Assembly (NCBI GenBank): GCA_051362555.1
Contig: CM120640.1
Location: forward strand, 35,483,967 to 35,547,966
Origin: Lingula anatina
Taxonomy: Eukaryota; Animalia; Brachiopoda
Reading direction: 5' to 3'
Length of the DNA: 64,000 nt
The position numbers and the translations under genes are program-made. Under the pieces are notes generated by a model, which searched no databases, was not told where the DNA came from, and saw nothing but the letters and a program-made list of their open reading frames with translations. Position 1 is the first letter of the stretch. The number at the start of each line of letters is the position of its first letter. Positions 41,201-50,447 of the stretch are shown piece by piece.

Positions 41201-44200
41201 CCTTATATTTTTTTTTTATCTAATTCTTTCTGATTACACAGATGTTTTTATTACTTCTTATTTTATTCCCTCAGCCTTAACGTTACACTTAAAATCTTCT
41301 TACAAGTTTCTTATAGAAATTTTTACTCCTTTTTCACTCCTTACTTATTCCTCATCTCACCTTTTTATTTTACCATAACTGTGAGTGCATTGAAATTAGG
41401 AATGGATCGTTATAATACTGCATCTATATAATCAACTCACACGATCATAGATGATTTCATGCACTGACTTATTATAGGTAACAGTACACTGTATCATGGT
41501 TTGCCCCTTACAACTAATTACATTTGTGCGCATGCACGCGCACACACACACACACACACACATACACACACAGTCAGCCTGCAAACAAGCAATATTTTTA
41601 AAGGTAGGAGTAATTGTTTTGCATATCATTAGGATAATGTGGGTTCTGATTGGAGAAGAATATATGATCAGGTTTTATGTGTTGGGGCATATTTTTTATG
41701 TGAATTCATGTGTCAGTAATTATTGCATAACCAGAGGTAGAGAAAGAATAAGTACTCTGGATTTTTCAGGTTCTCCCATGTTTGCCCATGAATCTGTATT
41801 TAATGTCAATTTAAACAGGAAAAACAGAAGGAGGTTGCAACTTGAGGATAATATTGAATTAAGCAGAGGGACAGGGTGGGAGTGGTAGTAGATAACAGAA
41901 AATGTATTGTTATGGATTCCATGGATAGGTTAGCCAAGGACAGGATGGGAGTGGAAATAGAAATACCACCATTACAATGTAAAAAATGAATTTTTAAAAT
42001 GCAATCAACAGTAGGAGTGTTATTAAAAGCTATAAGATATGTACTACTGAAGTTACCAGAGGACAGAAAAACAATTGCCCTACAACAGGATATTTATGTA
42101 ACCAAGCACCGTTTGATAAAAGTCAGGGGAGGGAAATTTTGCTCACAGCCCAAAATTGCATTCCAAGTGCAGAATCAAAATAAATTCAAGAAAGTGTAAC
42201 GAGAGGCCACCCGTATGAAGTCTGATGAATATCAGCAAAAACACACACACACATTTAGGGCTGTTCTTAAAGTTAAATTGGTCAGTTATTTTGTCAAAAA
42301 GATGACCATGTTTTATAGGGTGTTGCCTAGCGAATTAAGTACTGGCCTACAGGTAGTTGAGAATGTTTAGGGGGATTTTTTTGAAGATTTGAAAATGATA
42401 AGGTGGGTGGGGAACTGAGTCAGTCACCCCATGTAATATGGGGTGTTGGCTATTTTGATGATTGTAGACAGACAAGGCCAGTTAGGCTGACCAGGGACCA
42501 TAACAGATATACTAGGATGAGTCATATACATAGATATAACTGATAAACTACAGTGATGGTCAGGGTTTGTTGAATAATCAAGAAGGATGTTTAATAAGGA
42601 TGATTTTGGGTAAATTTTTAGTCATTTGCAAAGATGGGAGTTGAAGAAAGAGGTATGTTTGAAAGAAAAGTAGAAAATTAGAGTGAAAAGATATAGGTGT
42701 TATAGGTATCTGGACAGGCTGTATGAAGAAGGTAAAAAATGATTAATAGACGCATTGGGTACAGGGTAGTTAATAAGATCAATGATAATGCAAATTGGAA
42801 GGCTGAAGCAGTACATAAAGTTTGAATTTCAAGGGACATTTTAAGTTATGAAGAATATAAAGGAGACTATATAAAGAGATGATAGATAGGCCTTTCAGAA
42901 GACTGGGAGGTAAAGATTTTCAGTGGACAGCTCAATTATTCACTGTTGAAAAATGTTTGCATTTTGATGGTCAATTTGTTATTAAGAAAAATTACCCTCT
43001 CAGGAAGTAGGCTGCTTACTCTTTGACGGTGATGCTTTATAAGTTTTCTTTGTATCTTAAGAATTACCTCGTGCTGGTCAGTGTAGATGAATAAATTGAT
43101 AGTATACTGCTTGTTTGCAGGTCAGATTTAAAAGATTCCTTAAATCTTGGTCCTTTTAATCACACTGTACACATCACACATATATATCTAACAAATGATT
43201 AGCATTATATATAATACAACCTTCATTATTTACTTGAATTACAAAAACAACATTTTGCTTGTTAGATCAAGCAGAAATTGGGCACCTTATTTTGAGGAAT
43301 CTTATCAGGTGATAATAATAAATTGACCTGTTAAATCACAATTTCTTCAGACTTAACTTGAGATAAATTTTGGAACAAATATTACATTCCAAATTAGTAG
43401 TTAACATGTGAAAGGTTTAACTCACTTGTTCTTTTTCTTTCACCAGAAACTCTGGAAGACCTTGACCAGGCAATAGCAGAATATGACTCAACATCTGAGG
43501 GGCGATCAGAAAAGTCCAGTCCAACAGGGTCTACTAACAGCCAGCAGATCCTTGCCAAGGCTGCTGCAGCAGAGGCCACGTTGAGGCAGGACAAGACAGC
43601 ATCTATCCGCTCCAGACCCTCTTCTAGGAGGATAAGTGCTGTGGAGTTACAGGAGATTTTCACACGACAGGGTTCCTCCCCTGGGGATGTTTTGATAGAC
43701 ACTGACCGAAGTGCTTCAAACTTAGCCAAGCCAAAGGTACCTGTACCAAAAACTTACGCTAACACTTCAGAGCTGAAGGCAAAAATCCGGCACAGGAAGC
43801 CAGCTGACTTAACCAAATCTAGGAGCACCCCAGATTTGACACAGTTGGACGATAATGATATAATTGGTGCTCTGACTTTGGATGGCAAAGGCTCCCTTAG
43901 TAGAGTAGATGTTTCACCTTATGCAACATCAAATGTTCAGAGACAGCAAGCTTTGGCTGCAGAAAAATCAGCTCACTTGCACCAGGTGGCGCATAATGAC
44001 TCAGAGGACTCAGGACATAGTACTTCTAGTAGTGCAAGATGGAGCCCTAAGTCAGAAGACAGGGCGTCAGGCACCATATATGCAGAACCTTATTTACATG
44101 CTCACAACCGACCCCAGTCTTCCACACAAGATAATTACAGGCACGCCCCTCCTTCAACAGCCCCTCCCCCCAGGCCCATGACCATGGCCGTAGGAGGGCA

Positions 44201-47138
44201 GCCTGCACATTACTTTGGGGAGATTCCCCCACCACCTAATCATCCTCCTCCCACTCCACCCAAGTTCAAACATAGAGTTCCCGAACCGCCTCCGAGTCAG
44301 ATGGTGAAAATTAACACCAGGGAGAATATTTATGCAAATGTTTCACAAGAGATCCAGAAATCCAAAGCTGCAGGAGCGAACAAGACTCCTCCAGTTGAAT
44401 CGAGTTTTAGACCAGGAAATTATGCAAGGCTCAAAGACCCTGAGACTGTTACCAAGCAGCAAATTCAGTCACACATGGAGAGTATTGTGGGTAGTGTGAC
44501 CTCTGTGAAACAGGTAATGAGGCAGGTATCGGCTCCCGTCCCACCAGTGGTAGGTGCAGACATTCACAGAGAGACATCGCCGCCTCCTAATGAACCCGAG
44601 CCTGATTATGATACAGAAGATGTGAACAAGACAGAAAGAGACTTACAAAGGCAATATGATGTGAGCAATGTTGTTCCTCCACCTCCTCCCTCATATGCTC
44701 CACCTGAGCCTCCAGCACAGCACCCAAGATCAAGGGAGCCCACGCCACAGATGGATAGGAGAGAGACTAGAAACACCCCTCCCATGAAAAGGATTGAGAA
44801 AGTAGAGAAAGGAGAGAAAGCGCCAACTAAAGCAGCACCGCCACCACCAGCTTCTGCTCCGCCTCCTCCAGCTTCTGCTCCGCCTGCTCCACCACCCCCA
44901 CCTCCAGCAAGTGCACCACCACCTGCACCCCCTCCACCACCCCCTCTTGGTGCACAGCCACAAACAACAGGCTCCTCAGCAAAGGCACAACAACACAAAC
45001 AACAACAGCCTCCCAAGGCCTCCCCAGCAACAGAGAGACCAACCATACAAGCACATGATCTCATGGCTGCTTTACAAAAACGTCAAAGTCGCATGGCAAC
45101 TGCAGATGCTTCTGCTGCTAAGCAAGAACAGAGTATAGAACAAAAGATACAACAGAACAAAAGCAAACAGCAAAAAAGCAGCGTGGATCATTTAGATGTC
45201 CTAAGTGCTGCAGTGGCTAAGAGAAGGGAGATGGTTCAGCAGAGGAGTGGAGAAGACATAGCTGATAGCATAGAGAAAAGACTAGCCAAGAACAAGAAGG
45301 TACAGATGGCTTTTGGTAGACCTCTGCCAGATGATAAAAAGGAGCAGCAACAAGAAAAGAAGCCTGACTTGAACAAACAAACAAGTAAACCTGCCACAGA
45401 AACACATAAGGTGCCTGAGAAGAAGGTGGAGCCCAAGCAGCCACCTCCCCCCACTGCTGCAAAGCCACAGTTGAAAATTGATACCAGTAAACCTGAGGAG
45501 GCCACCCTTAAGGAACCCACAGACCCGAAGAACAGTGGTCCTTACAGTCCTCGTAAGAGCATGATGGTAGAGGAGACGGAAACAGTTCAGCTGTCTCCAC
45601 CACCCCACGTCATGGCAGCAGCAGCAGCAGTAGGCGCTAAAGAGCAAGATAAAGAAGAAGAAGTGATCGCAGTGACAACATCTGTCTCTTCAAATGGCAG
45701 TGTGAAACACGACATTGAAATGGCTCCTCCAACACAGCCTAAGCCAGCAGTGAAAGTTCCACCTCCAGTTGCTTCAAAACCAAACAGACCATCCCCTGAA
45801 AGAGTGATAGAGAAGAAGACAGAGAAGCCGCAGAGTCCTGTTACAGAGGAAGCAAAGCAACCGGCCCTGGATATGTCTATCAAATCAGTAGACACACAAA
45901 AGGCGGAGACCAATTTCCTTGCTATGGCAGAAAAAGCTAGGCAAAAGTATCTTCTTCAGAGAAAATCCCAGGAGAAACATAAGCCTGATGCAAAGAAAGT
46001 AAATGATATGGCTAAAAATGAAAATAATAACAATAATTCTGCTGCTCCAAGCAATATCACCAAGCAATCTTTGAGAAATTCACAATCTCCTAGAAATTCC
46101 CAGGAGAGGGAAAATAAAAGAAGCAGTGGTAATTTTGATCCTGGTCAAATACTACAACCTCCTTCTTTGCGACCAGTGAAAAAACCAGGCACTCCAAAAT
46201 CGACCACCATCTTCATATTTGGTGCCACAGATAATGAATCCACTGATTTAAAATCACCAGAAAAAGAGCAGGCATCACCAGTCAAAGAAAAACCTGCAGA
46301 AAAAGTGGTTGAGGAACCACAAAGCAATTTTGTCTTTGAAGAAGCCCTTCCTCCACCTGTGCTAGACAATGGTGATGATAAAAGTGGAGAAGATAGCTCC
46401 ACAAAATTAGACAAATTTGATGGAGATTCATTGTTAAATGGCCAGTCTTTTACATCTAGTGACAATGTCTCTTCGACAGACATGGAAATTGATAGCATGA
46501 CAACCATTGAGGTTATTCCACCACCTCCATCATTTAGTGGTAGCGACACAGCTCTTAATGTCTCAAGTGGGAAAGGTTCCTCAACTCATGCATTTGAAGA
46601 TAATGCAAGCTTGTTGTCGTCTGGCTCCACTATGTCTTCGCTATCAGATAGAGATTTTGCTCCGTATGAAAGTCCACGTCCAGGGCGAGGCGGTATTGAC
46701 TTGTCCCTGGAGCCCACTATTCCAGAAGTATTTGACGATGACCTAATTGTGATGCCACCACCTCCACCACAATTCACTGACACCACTGAAGCAGAAGTGG
46801 TGCCACCTCCAGCAGAGTTCAGCTCCTCTGACAGCACAGAGGCATATGTGGCCAGTCTCCCCCCACCTGTTATGCAGGAGAGAAAACCGACGGGTCCTCT
46901 GAGACCTTTCGAAATTAAGTCCATCACTGATTGGACGTGTGATGATGTCTCTGATTGGCTGGATGATTTGAAGCTGTCAGAATACAAGACTATATTTGTG
47001 GAGAATGACATTGACGGGCAGAATCTTGCTACGTTAACCAGGAATGATTTTCTGGAATTGGGAGTCAGTAGAGTTGGTCACCGCATGAACATGGAGCGGG
47101 CGATTAAGAAGGCTGTGGCAAACAGTAATATTGTGTAA
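4973..47138 (+). CDS. SHANK: SH3 and multiple ankyrin repeat domains protein (SHANK/ProSAP), whole gene span; 18 coding exons, 5874 nt CDS, about 1957 aa
   Basis: All 17 introns are GT-AG with compatible phases and the joined CDS is divisible by 3. Domain order is SPN (LNYGLYCPPMNGRAGKFLDEERLL), ankyrin repeats (GLDPNF, GGAHLDFR, HLEHLLFYGA, QESCARVLLFRGA), SH3 (GYWEG...GWFPSNCV), PDZ (GFGFVLRGA, FPALQYL, GDFLIE), Pro-rich region, C-terminal SAM. Confidence 0.97.
5227..5271. repeat. (GT)n microsatellite
   Basis: Direct reading. Confidence 0.95.
5361..6818. mobile_element. Non-autonomous Tc1/mariner/pogo-like DNA transposon (1458 bp)
   Basis: 26-bp TIR CGGTAATTCTCCAATCTATACGAACG / CGTTCGTATAGATTGGAGAGTTACCG (1 mismatch), flanked by TA on both sides; no transposase ORF. 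Confidence 0.85.
8523..8594 (+). CDS. SHANK: SHANK exon 2 (KCLQFQLDETVWSAKQRVLATVGK)
   Basis: ttatttcag acceptor, gtaaat donor; VWSAKQRVL motif; phase 0-0. Confidence 0.93.
9902..10027 (+). CDS. SHANK: SHANK exon 3 (DLKDGLNYGL...GKFLDEERLLRDYP...FLE)
   Basis: tttacag acceptor, gtagga donor; SPN core motif. Confidence 0.96.
10455..10526 (+). CDS. SHANK: SHANK exon 4 (FKCKRRVYK...KKIHTK)
   Basis: Long T tract plus cag, gtagac donor; KRRVY...HTK motif. Confidence 0.93.
10837..10945 (+). CDS. SHANK: SHANK exon 5 (ANLKQFLDHV...KGLDPNFYDSESG)
   Basis: gtgcag acceptor, gtatgt donor; phase 0-1. Confidence 0.95.
11279..11310. repeat. (GT)n/(GA)n microsatellite
   Basis: Direct reading. Confidence 0.9.
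11892..12043 (+). CDS. SHANK: SHANK exon 6, ankyrin repeats (TPLTVA...NGGAHLDFR...TPLHMA)
   Basis: ttctttcag acceptor, gtatca donor; phase 1-0. Confidence 0.95.
12257..12304. repeat. (ATATG)n/(ATACG)n pentanucleotide microsatellite
   Basis: Direct reading. Confidence 0.9.
13211..13378 (+). CDS. SHANK: SHANK exon 7, ankyrin repeats (VMLELGASANYKD...GWTEVHQ)
   Basis: atgtag acceptor, gtatgt donor; 56 codons. Confidence 0.93.
13870..14017. mobile_element. Possible degenerate hAT-like MITE
   Basis: CAGGCCCATAGCTAG ... CTGGGTACAAGCCTG imperfect termini with inner G-run and C-run; no clean TSD. Confidence 0.35.
14217..14333 (+). CDS. SHANK: SHANK exon 8 (ACFYGRVQHLEHLLFYGA...GNTPLHVCALNNQ)
   Basis: Strong pyrimidine tract plus cag, gtagat donor. 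Confidence 0.96.
14902..15062. mobile_element. Possible degenerate hAT-like MITE
   Basis: CAGGGGTGGATC ... CATCCACCCATG imperfect termini in TA-rich flanks. Confidence 0.4.
17446..17590 (+). CDS. SHANK: SHANK exon 9 (ESCARVLLFRGA...FQVAIIAGNFDLAEVIK)
   Basis: tttttcag acceptor, gtatgt donor; phase 0-1. Confidence 0.96.
18711..18971 (+). CDS. SHANK: SHANK exon 10 (VPFRETPTFSQRRR plus Ser-rich linker)
   Basis: atttcag acceptor, gtaaat donor; PFRETP motif; phase 1-1. Confidence 0.9.
20615..20737 (+). CDS. SHANK: SHANK exon 11, N-half of SH3 (RTFICVKNH...EINLRKGDFVE)
   Basis: CT-rich tract plus ccag; weak donor gtgcaa; joining to exon 12 gives DFVEVVSGGEQGYWEG. Confidence 0.9.
21834..21938 (+). 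CDS. SHANK: SHANK exon 12, C-half of SH3 (GYWEGRADGREGWFPSNCVEEV)
   Basis: ttattccag acceptor, gtgagt donor; SH3 signature. Confidence 0.95.
23412..23499 (+). CDS. SHANK: SHANK exon 13, SH3-PDZ linker (GTAGSVHSGDEDSVVIKRHTLSALMSSD)
   Basis: tttctctag acceptor, gtaagt donor; phase 1-2 is what is needed to join exon 12 to the PDZ exon; RHTL resembles SHANK RHYT. Confidence 0.85.
23533..23592. repeat. Poly-T tract of about 60 nt
   Basis: Direct reading; ends in gcag. Confidence 0.95.
30369..32551 (+). CDS. SHANK: Giant alternative SHANK exon (727 codons plus 2 nt, low complexity, probably disordered); alternative first coding exon or cassette exon
   Basis: 747-codon ORF in AT-rich DNA. It turns into F-rich intron-like sequence right after AG|gtttgt at 32551, and that phase 2 donor matches the phase 2 acceptor at 34358. 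Confidence 0.85.
34358..34431 (+). CDS. SHANK: SHANK exon 14, PDZ start (DAGPKVVVLQKGPSGFGFVLRGAR)
   Basis: T tract plus ag, gtaagt donor; GFGF carboxylate-binding loop. Confidence 0.95.
36521..36654 (+). CDS. SHANK: SHANK exon 15, PDZ (EFRPSPDFPALQYLDRVDPGGMAHRAGLKSGDFLIE)
   Basis: ttttcttcag acceptor, gtaagc donor. Confidence 0.96.
39348..39540 (+). CDS. SHANK: SHANK exon 16, PDZ end (INNVNVVQATHEAAVRLIKESGSTLALKVV...RKK)
   Basis: atatcag acceptor, gtaagt donor; phase 0-1. Confidence 0.95.
40355..40444 (+). CDS. SHANK: SHANK exon 17 (APPPPKRDPRTSLSTGRSKAKSMMEGLAVI)
   Basis: ttttcaacag acceptor, gtatgc donor; matches the post-PDZ APPPPKR...KSM motif of SHANKs. Confidence 0.92.
41541..41572. 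repeat. (CA)n microsatellite
   Basis: Direct reading. Confidence 0.9.
43447..47138 (+). CDS. SHANK: SHANK terminal exon 18: Pro-rich region plus SAM domain
   Basis: cttttctttcaccag acceptor; open frame to TAA at 47136-47138; SAM WTCDDVSDWLDDLKLSEYKTIFVENDIDGQNL...LGVSRVGHRMNMERAI. Confidence 0.96.
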
Positions 47139-50100
47139 TTCTTAATCTCTTGTATATCACAATATTATTCTAGTAAAAAGGGTTAAATGATTCAGCTGAT
47201 GGAGAGGCTGCATTATTCTTGATTTGTACATTATTTTCTTGGAACATGTACGGTGATATTACAGTTCTGTATATTTTATGTTTGATATTACCATCATTTA
47301 TTACTATAATTAATATTATTACCTCAAAGTGTATTGTATAAGTGCCATTTGTACTTGTGCGTCATTGTAACTCACAGAGAATGTCTGTGATTTTATTTTC
47401 AATATAAGGCAGTTATAATAATCATATTGGTGATGGCTTAACATTTCAGCATCAAAGTAGGTCAGGTCAGATCAGGCAAACCAGCTGCTTCCTGTTTTCT
47501 GTATTATATTAATATTTTTTTCGCAAGCTGGAGAAGTAGCATCTAAACTTAATGCTATTTGTCTACTGCATCACAAGTTAAACACTCTTATTCTGTTCTA
47601 GATATTATTTTATCAGGTTCGATGCTGTACAAATATTTCTCATAATATGGTGCTTGGCAACTTTGTTTCTCTGTACAGTAAATGTTTTCATAACCTTAAA
47701 TAGCTTTGTGAAACTAAGCCACTGCATTATATATAATATATATTTCTAAGTTGTCATAAGGTAATTAAGTGGCATTGATGCACATGTACCCAATTTGGTA
47801 ATACCATGTGCATAAGGATAATCTAATCATGTGGTCTGCGTCTCAGTGTGTGTCTAGTCGAATTTAGTGTTGATATTTTTATTTCTAGTTACTGAAGCTT
47901 CTTGATTGTAAGGTTAAAGAAATAACATAATTAGGGACTGGTTGTCATGGTGTGACTTGCATTAGGGTTGTTTGTTGCTCTGAGTAACATTGGTTTTAGC
48001 ATATGTTATAAATAGTAATTTATTTTATCAGTTCTCTAGTCAAATAATATTACCAAGTTGTAGTTAAAATTTTGTCAGTGAATACTCTTCTAAGGTTCAT
48101 GATATTCACCTAGAATCTCCACTGGTATCAGTAACACTCAGAGCAGATTGAGATTATGCATCACTTTGGAGAAAATGAGTAAATTAGGGCACTATCTGAA
48201 GGGATAAAATGGTATTAAATTATTATATGGAAGACCTTTGCCAGTGAGTAGATCATGGTACCCATGAGAAGTGTTAAAAAACTAAACGTGATATTAAAAT
48301 GTTTTTAAAAAATAATGTCAACCAAATGGTCATAATTTTATTTAAAAAGCAATGGTCAGTTCAGTTTGAAATTAGCATCGTTTTAGGTCTTTGAGGGATG
48401 TGGAGTTGGAACTGAACTTTTAAGACTGTAATTTTCTCAGTGCATCAATAGAAGCAGAAAATAAAAATGTTATCCTCAAGTGTTTTTTCCACTTGGTCTC
48501 TTTCTCTCAAAACCAACAAATACGTATTAGAAGCATATGATTTTATTGGACTTCACTGACAACACAATTCTGTTGCTGATAAAAAGACATGATTACAGAA
48601 ACGGTATTTGCTTGGAATTTCTCTGAAATAACCAATTTTGGTACATGTCACACTTGGGAAATGCAGAAATTCCAACAATAATTGGTCCCTTGAAATTGAT
48701 AAGTAAGAGATGCTCTTATCTCAAATTAACGAGACAAATGTTAATGAAAACAACTTACTGAATAACATATTTCAAAAGAACCTGAATTCTTGTAAAACAT
48801 TAATTGTATTGTATTATATCGCTAAAAATAGCTAAGTACAGACTAAAATAAATTCATAATATATGGGACGGATGACCAAATGCTTAAATATATGTTAGCC
48901 TATGCAGTGTTGAAAACCTGATAAACTGCAAAAACCCAAGGTTTAAAATGCAAATCCTGCATTATCATTGCAATAAAATTTTAAGTATATATTCTGTATT
49001 TCAATAAGATTTTCATAAGTTAAAATTATTATTTATCTACATGGTACCAATATATTATATATATACACAATAACCTTTATAATTAAACACATTTTCAAAA
49101 TACTTGTAAAAAGAAAAATCACTTCAGTCAATGTTTTGACTGGTAACATTTTGCCAAAGTGAACAGGCAACGCATTGCATCACACAAAAGTGGAATCTTT
49201 TTTTTCTCCAACTAAATTTGGATAGTTGATTAAAATAGCCTTTACCCAATTCTATTTTGCAATTAACACAATTACAAATTTCTGAATTAAAACAGGCCTT
49301 GGTAATTAATTGAAACGAAAGACTTAACCACAAATGCCATAAATGTCTTGGTCAAACAAAACAATAAGACCACTTTAAGCCACTTTTCAAAAATGATACA
49401 CAAAACAAATCCACATGCAAGTTTTGCTATTCTTTAAATGCTAAATGTTTTCAAATTCTCACAGTTTTTCACTATATAAGCATTACAGATTGCGGTTGAC
49501 TAAACTGTCTTCATTTCTAGATATGTGTAAAGCCCAACTTTACTAATAACTTTCTACTTGACTTTAGTACTTAGAGCACCAGCTTTTTCTCAAACCGAAC
49601 AGCTCCTCCAACCCAAACTGCAAGGTCTTTTAATACTGACTTTGAATATATGAAATAACGACTGTGACAACCAGTACTAAGCATACTAACTACAATGAAA
49701 AATAAGTTCCTACTTAATTAAGGCAGATGTGAATAATCCTACATTTCAGCAAATTGAGCCTTATTTTACAGATTAAACCCCTGTCTATCATAGAGCACGC
49801 AAACCCTTATCGCTGGTTTCTATAGAATATGGGAATTTTCTCAGGGATAAAAAAACCAATTAACTTACATCCAAAGACAACTCACAACCAAAACTTTTGG
49901 TACAAGATTTCAAATATTCTAGGCATCTTAGAGAAGCATAATTTCAAAGAAAATGACAATGGAGAAGTTCTGAAAATGAACTCCAAATTCTAAAGATTAC
50001 ACCTCTAGGAACTTCAAGCCATCTTAAACCAATGTAAATGTGCTTAACACTAGCTAGAGTGGCCACAGCCTTGCTTGTCCTTCATGACAAGATACAGATC

Positions 50101-50309
50101 TTAAGCTCTAAATAGATATTTTTAAAAAAATGGACAATACATAGCCAAACACTGCTATGCCTGCCACAGCAGTCAATACACCATTCTTAGCTCATCTTCT
50201 CACAGCTGTCTATGTTCCAAATTCAATTCATACAAGTTAAATTATTCAAAGTTGGTTTAAATGCAATGCTATAAATGTACCTCTGTGACTAAGGAATATA
50301 CACATTGTC

Positions 50310-50447
50310 CTAACTTTTCTTTCCACTCTGTGCCCCTGAACTTCCAGATGCTCCATCTTTGGCCTCAGAGTTTTCTGTGCTATCCATGCCACTGTCCCAG
50401 TCTTCTTGAGAGTTCTTCCCATTTGTGTCTGTCTCAAGGTCAAAATT
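50310..50447 (-). CDS. RABL2: RABL2 terminal exon (NFDLE...SGKKS*)
   Basis: ctttttctag acceptor; acidic Ser-rich tail; TAG at 50312-50310. Confidence 0.88.
   Translation of the reverse strand, partial: NFDLETDTNGKNSQEDWDSGMDSTENSEAKDGASGSSGAQSGKKS

Noticed and set aside
43394-47011. Many minus-strand and alternative-frame ORFs (for example 44606-45064 and 46586-47011)
   Set aside because: Shadows of the Pro-rich SHANK terminal exon; Gly/Cys-rich antisense translations with no independent signals.
43581-47138. The 1185-aa ORF as a separate gene starting at 43581
   Set aside because: The start is a TTG, and the frame is open back to a strong acceptor at 43446 in phase with exon 17.
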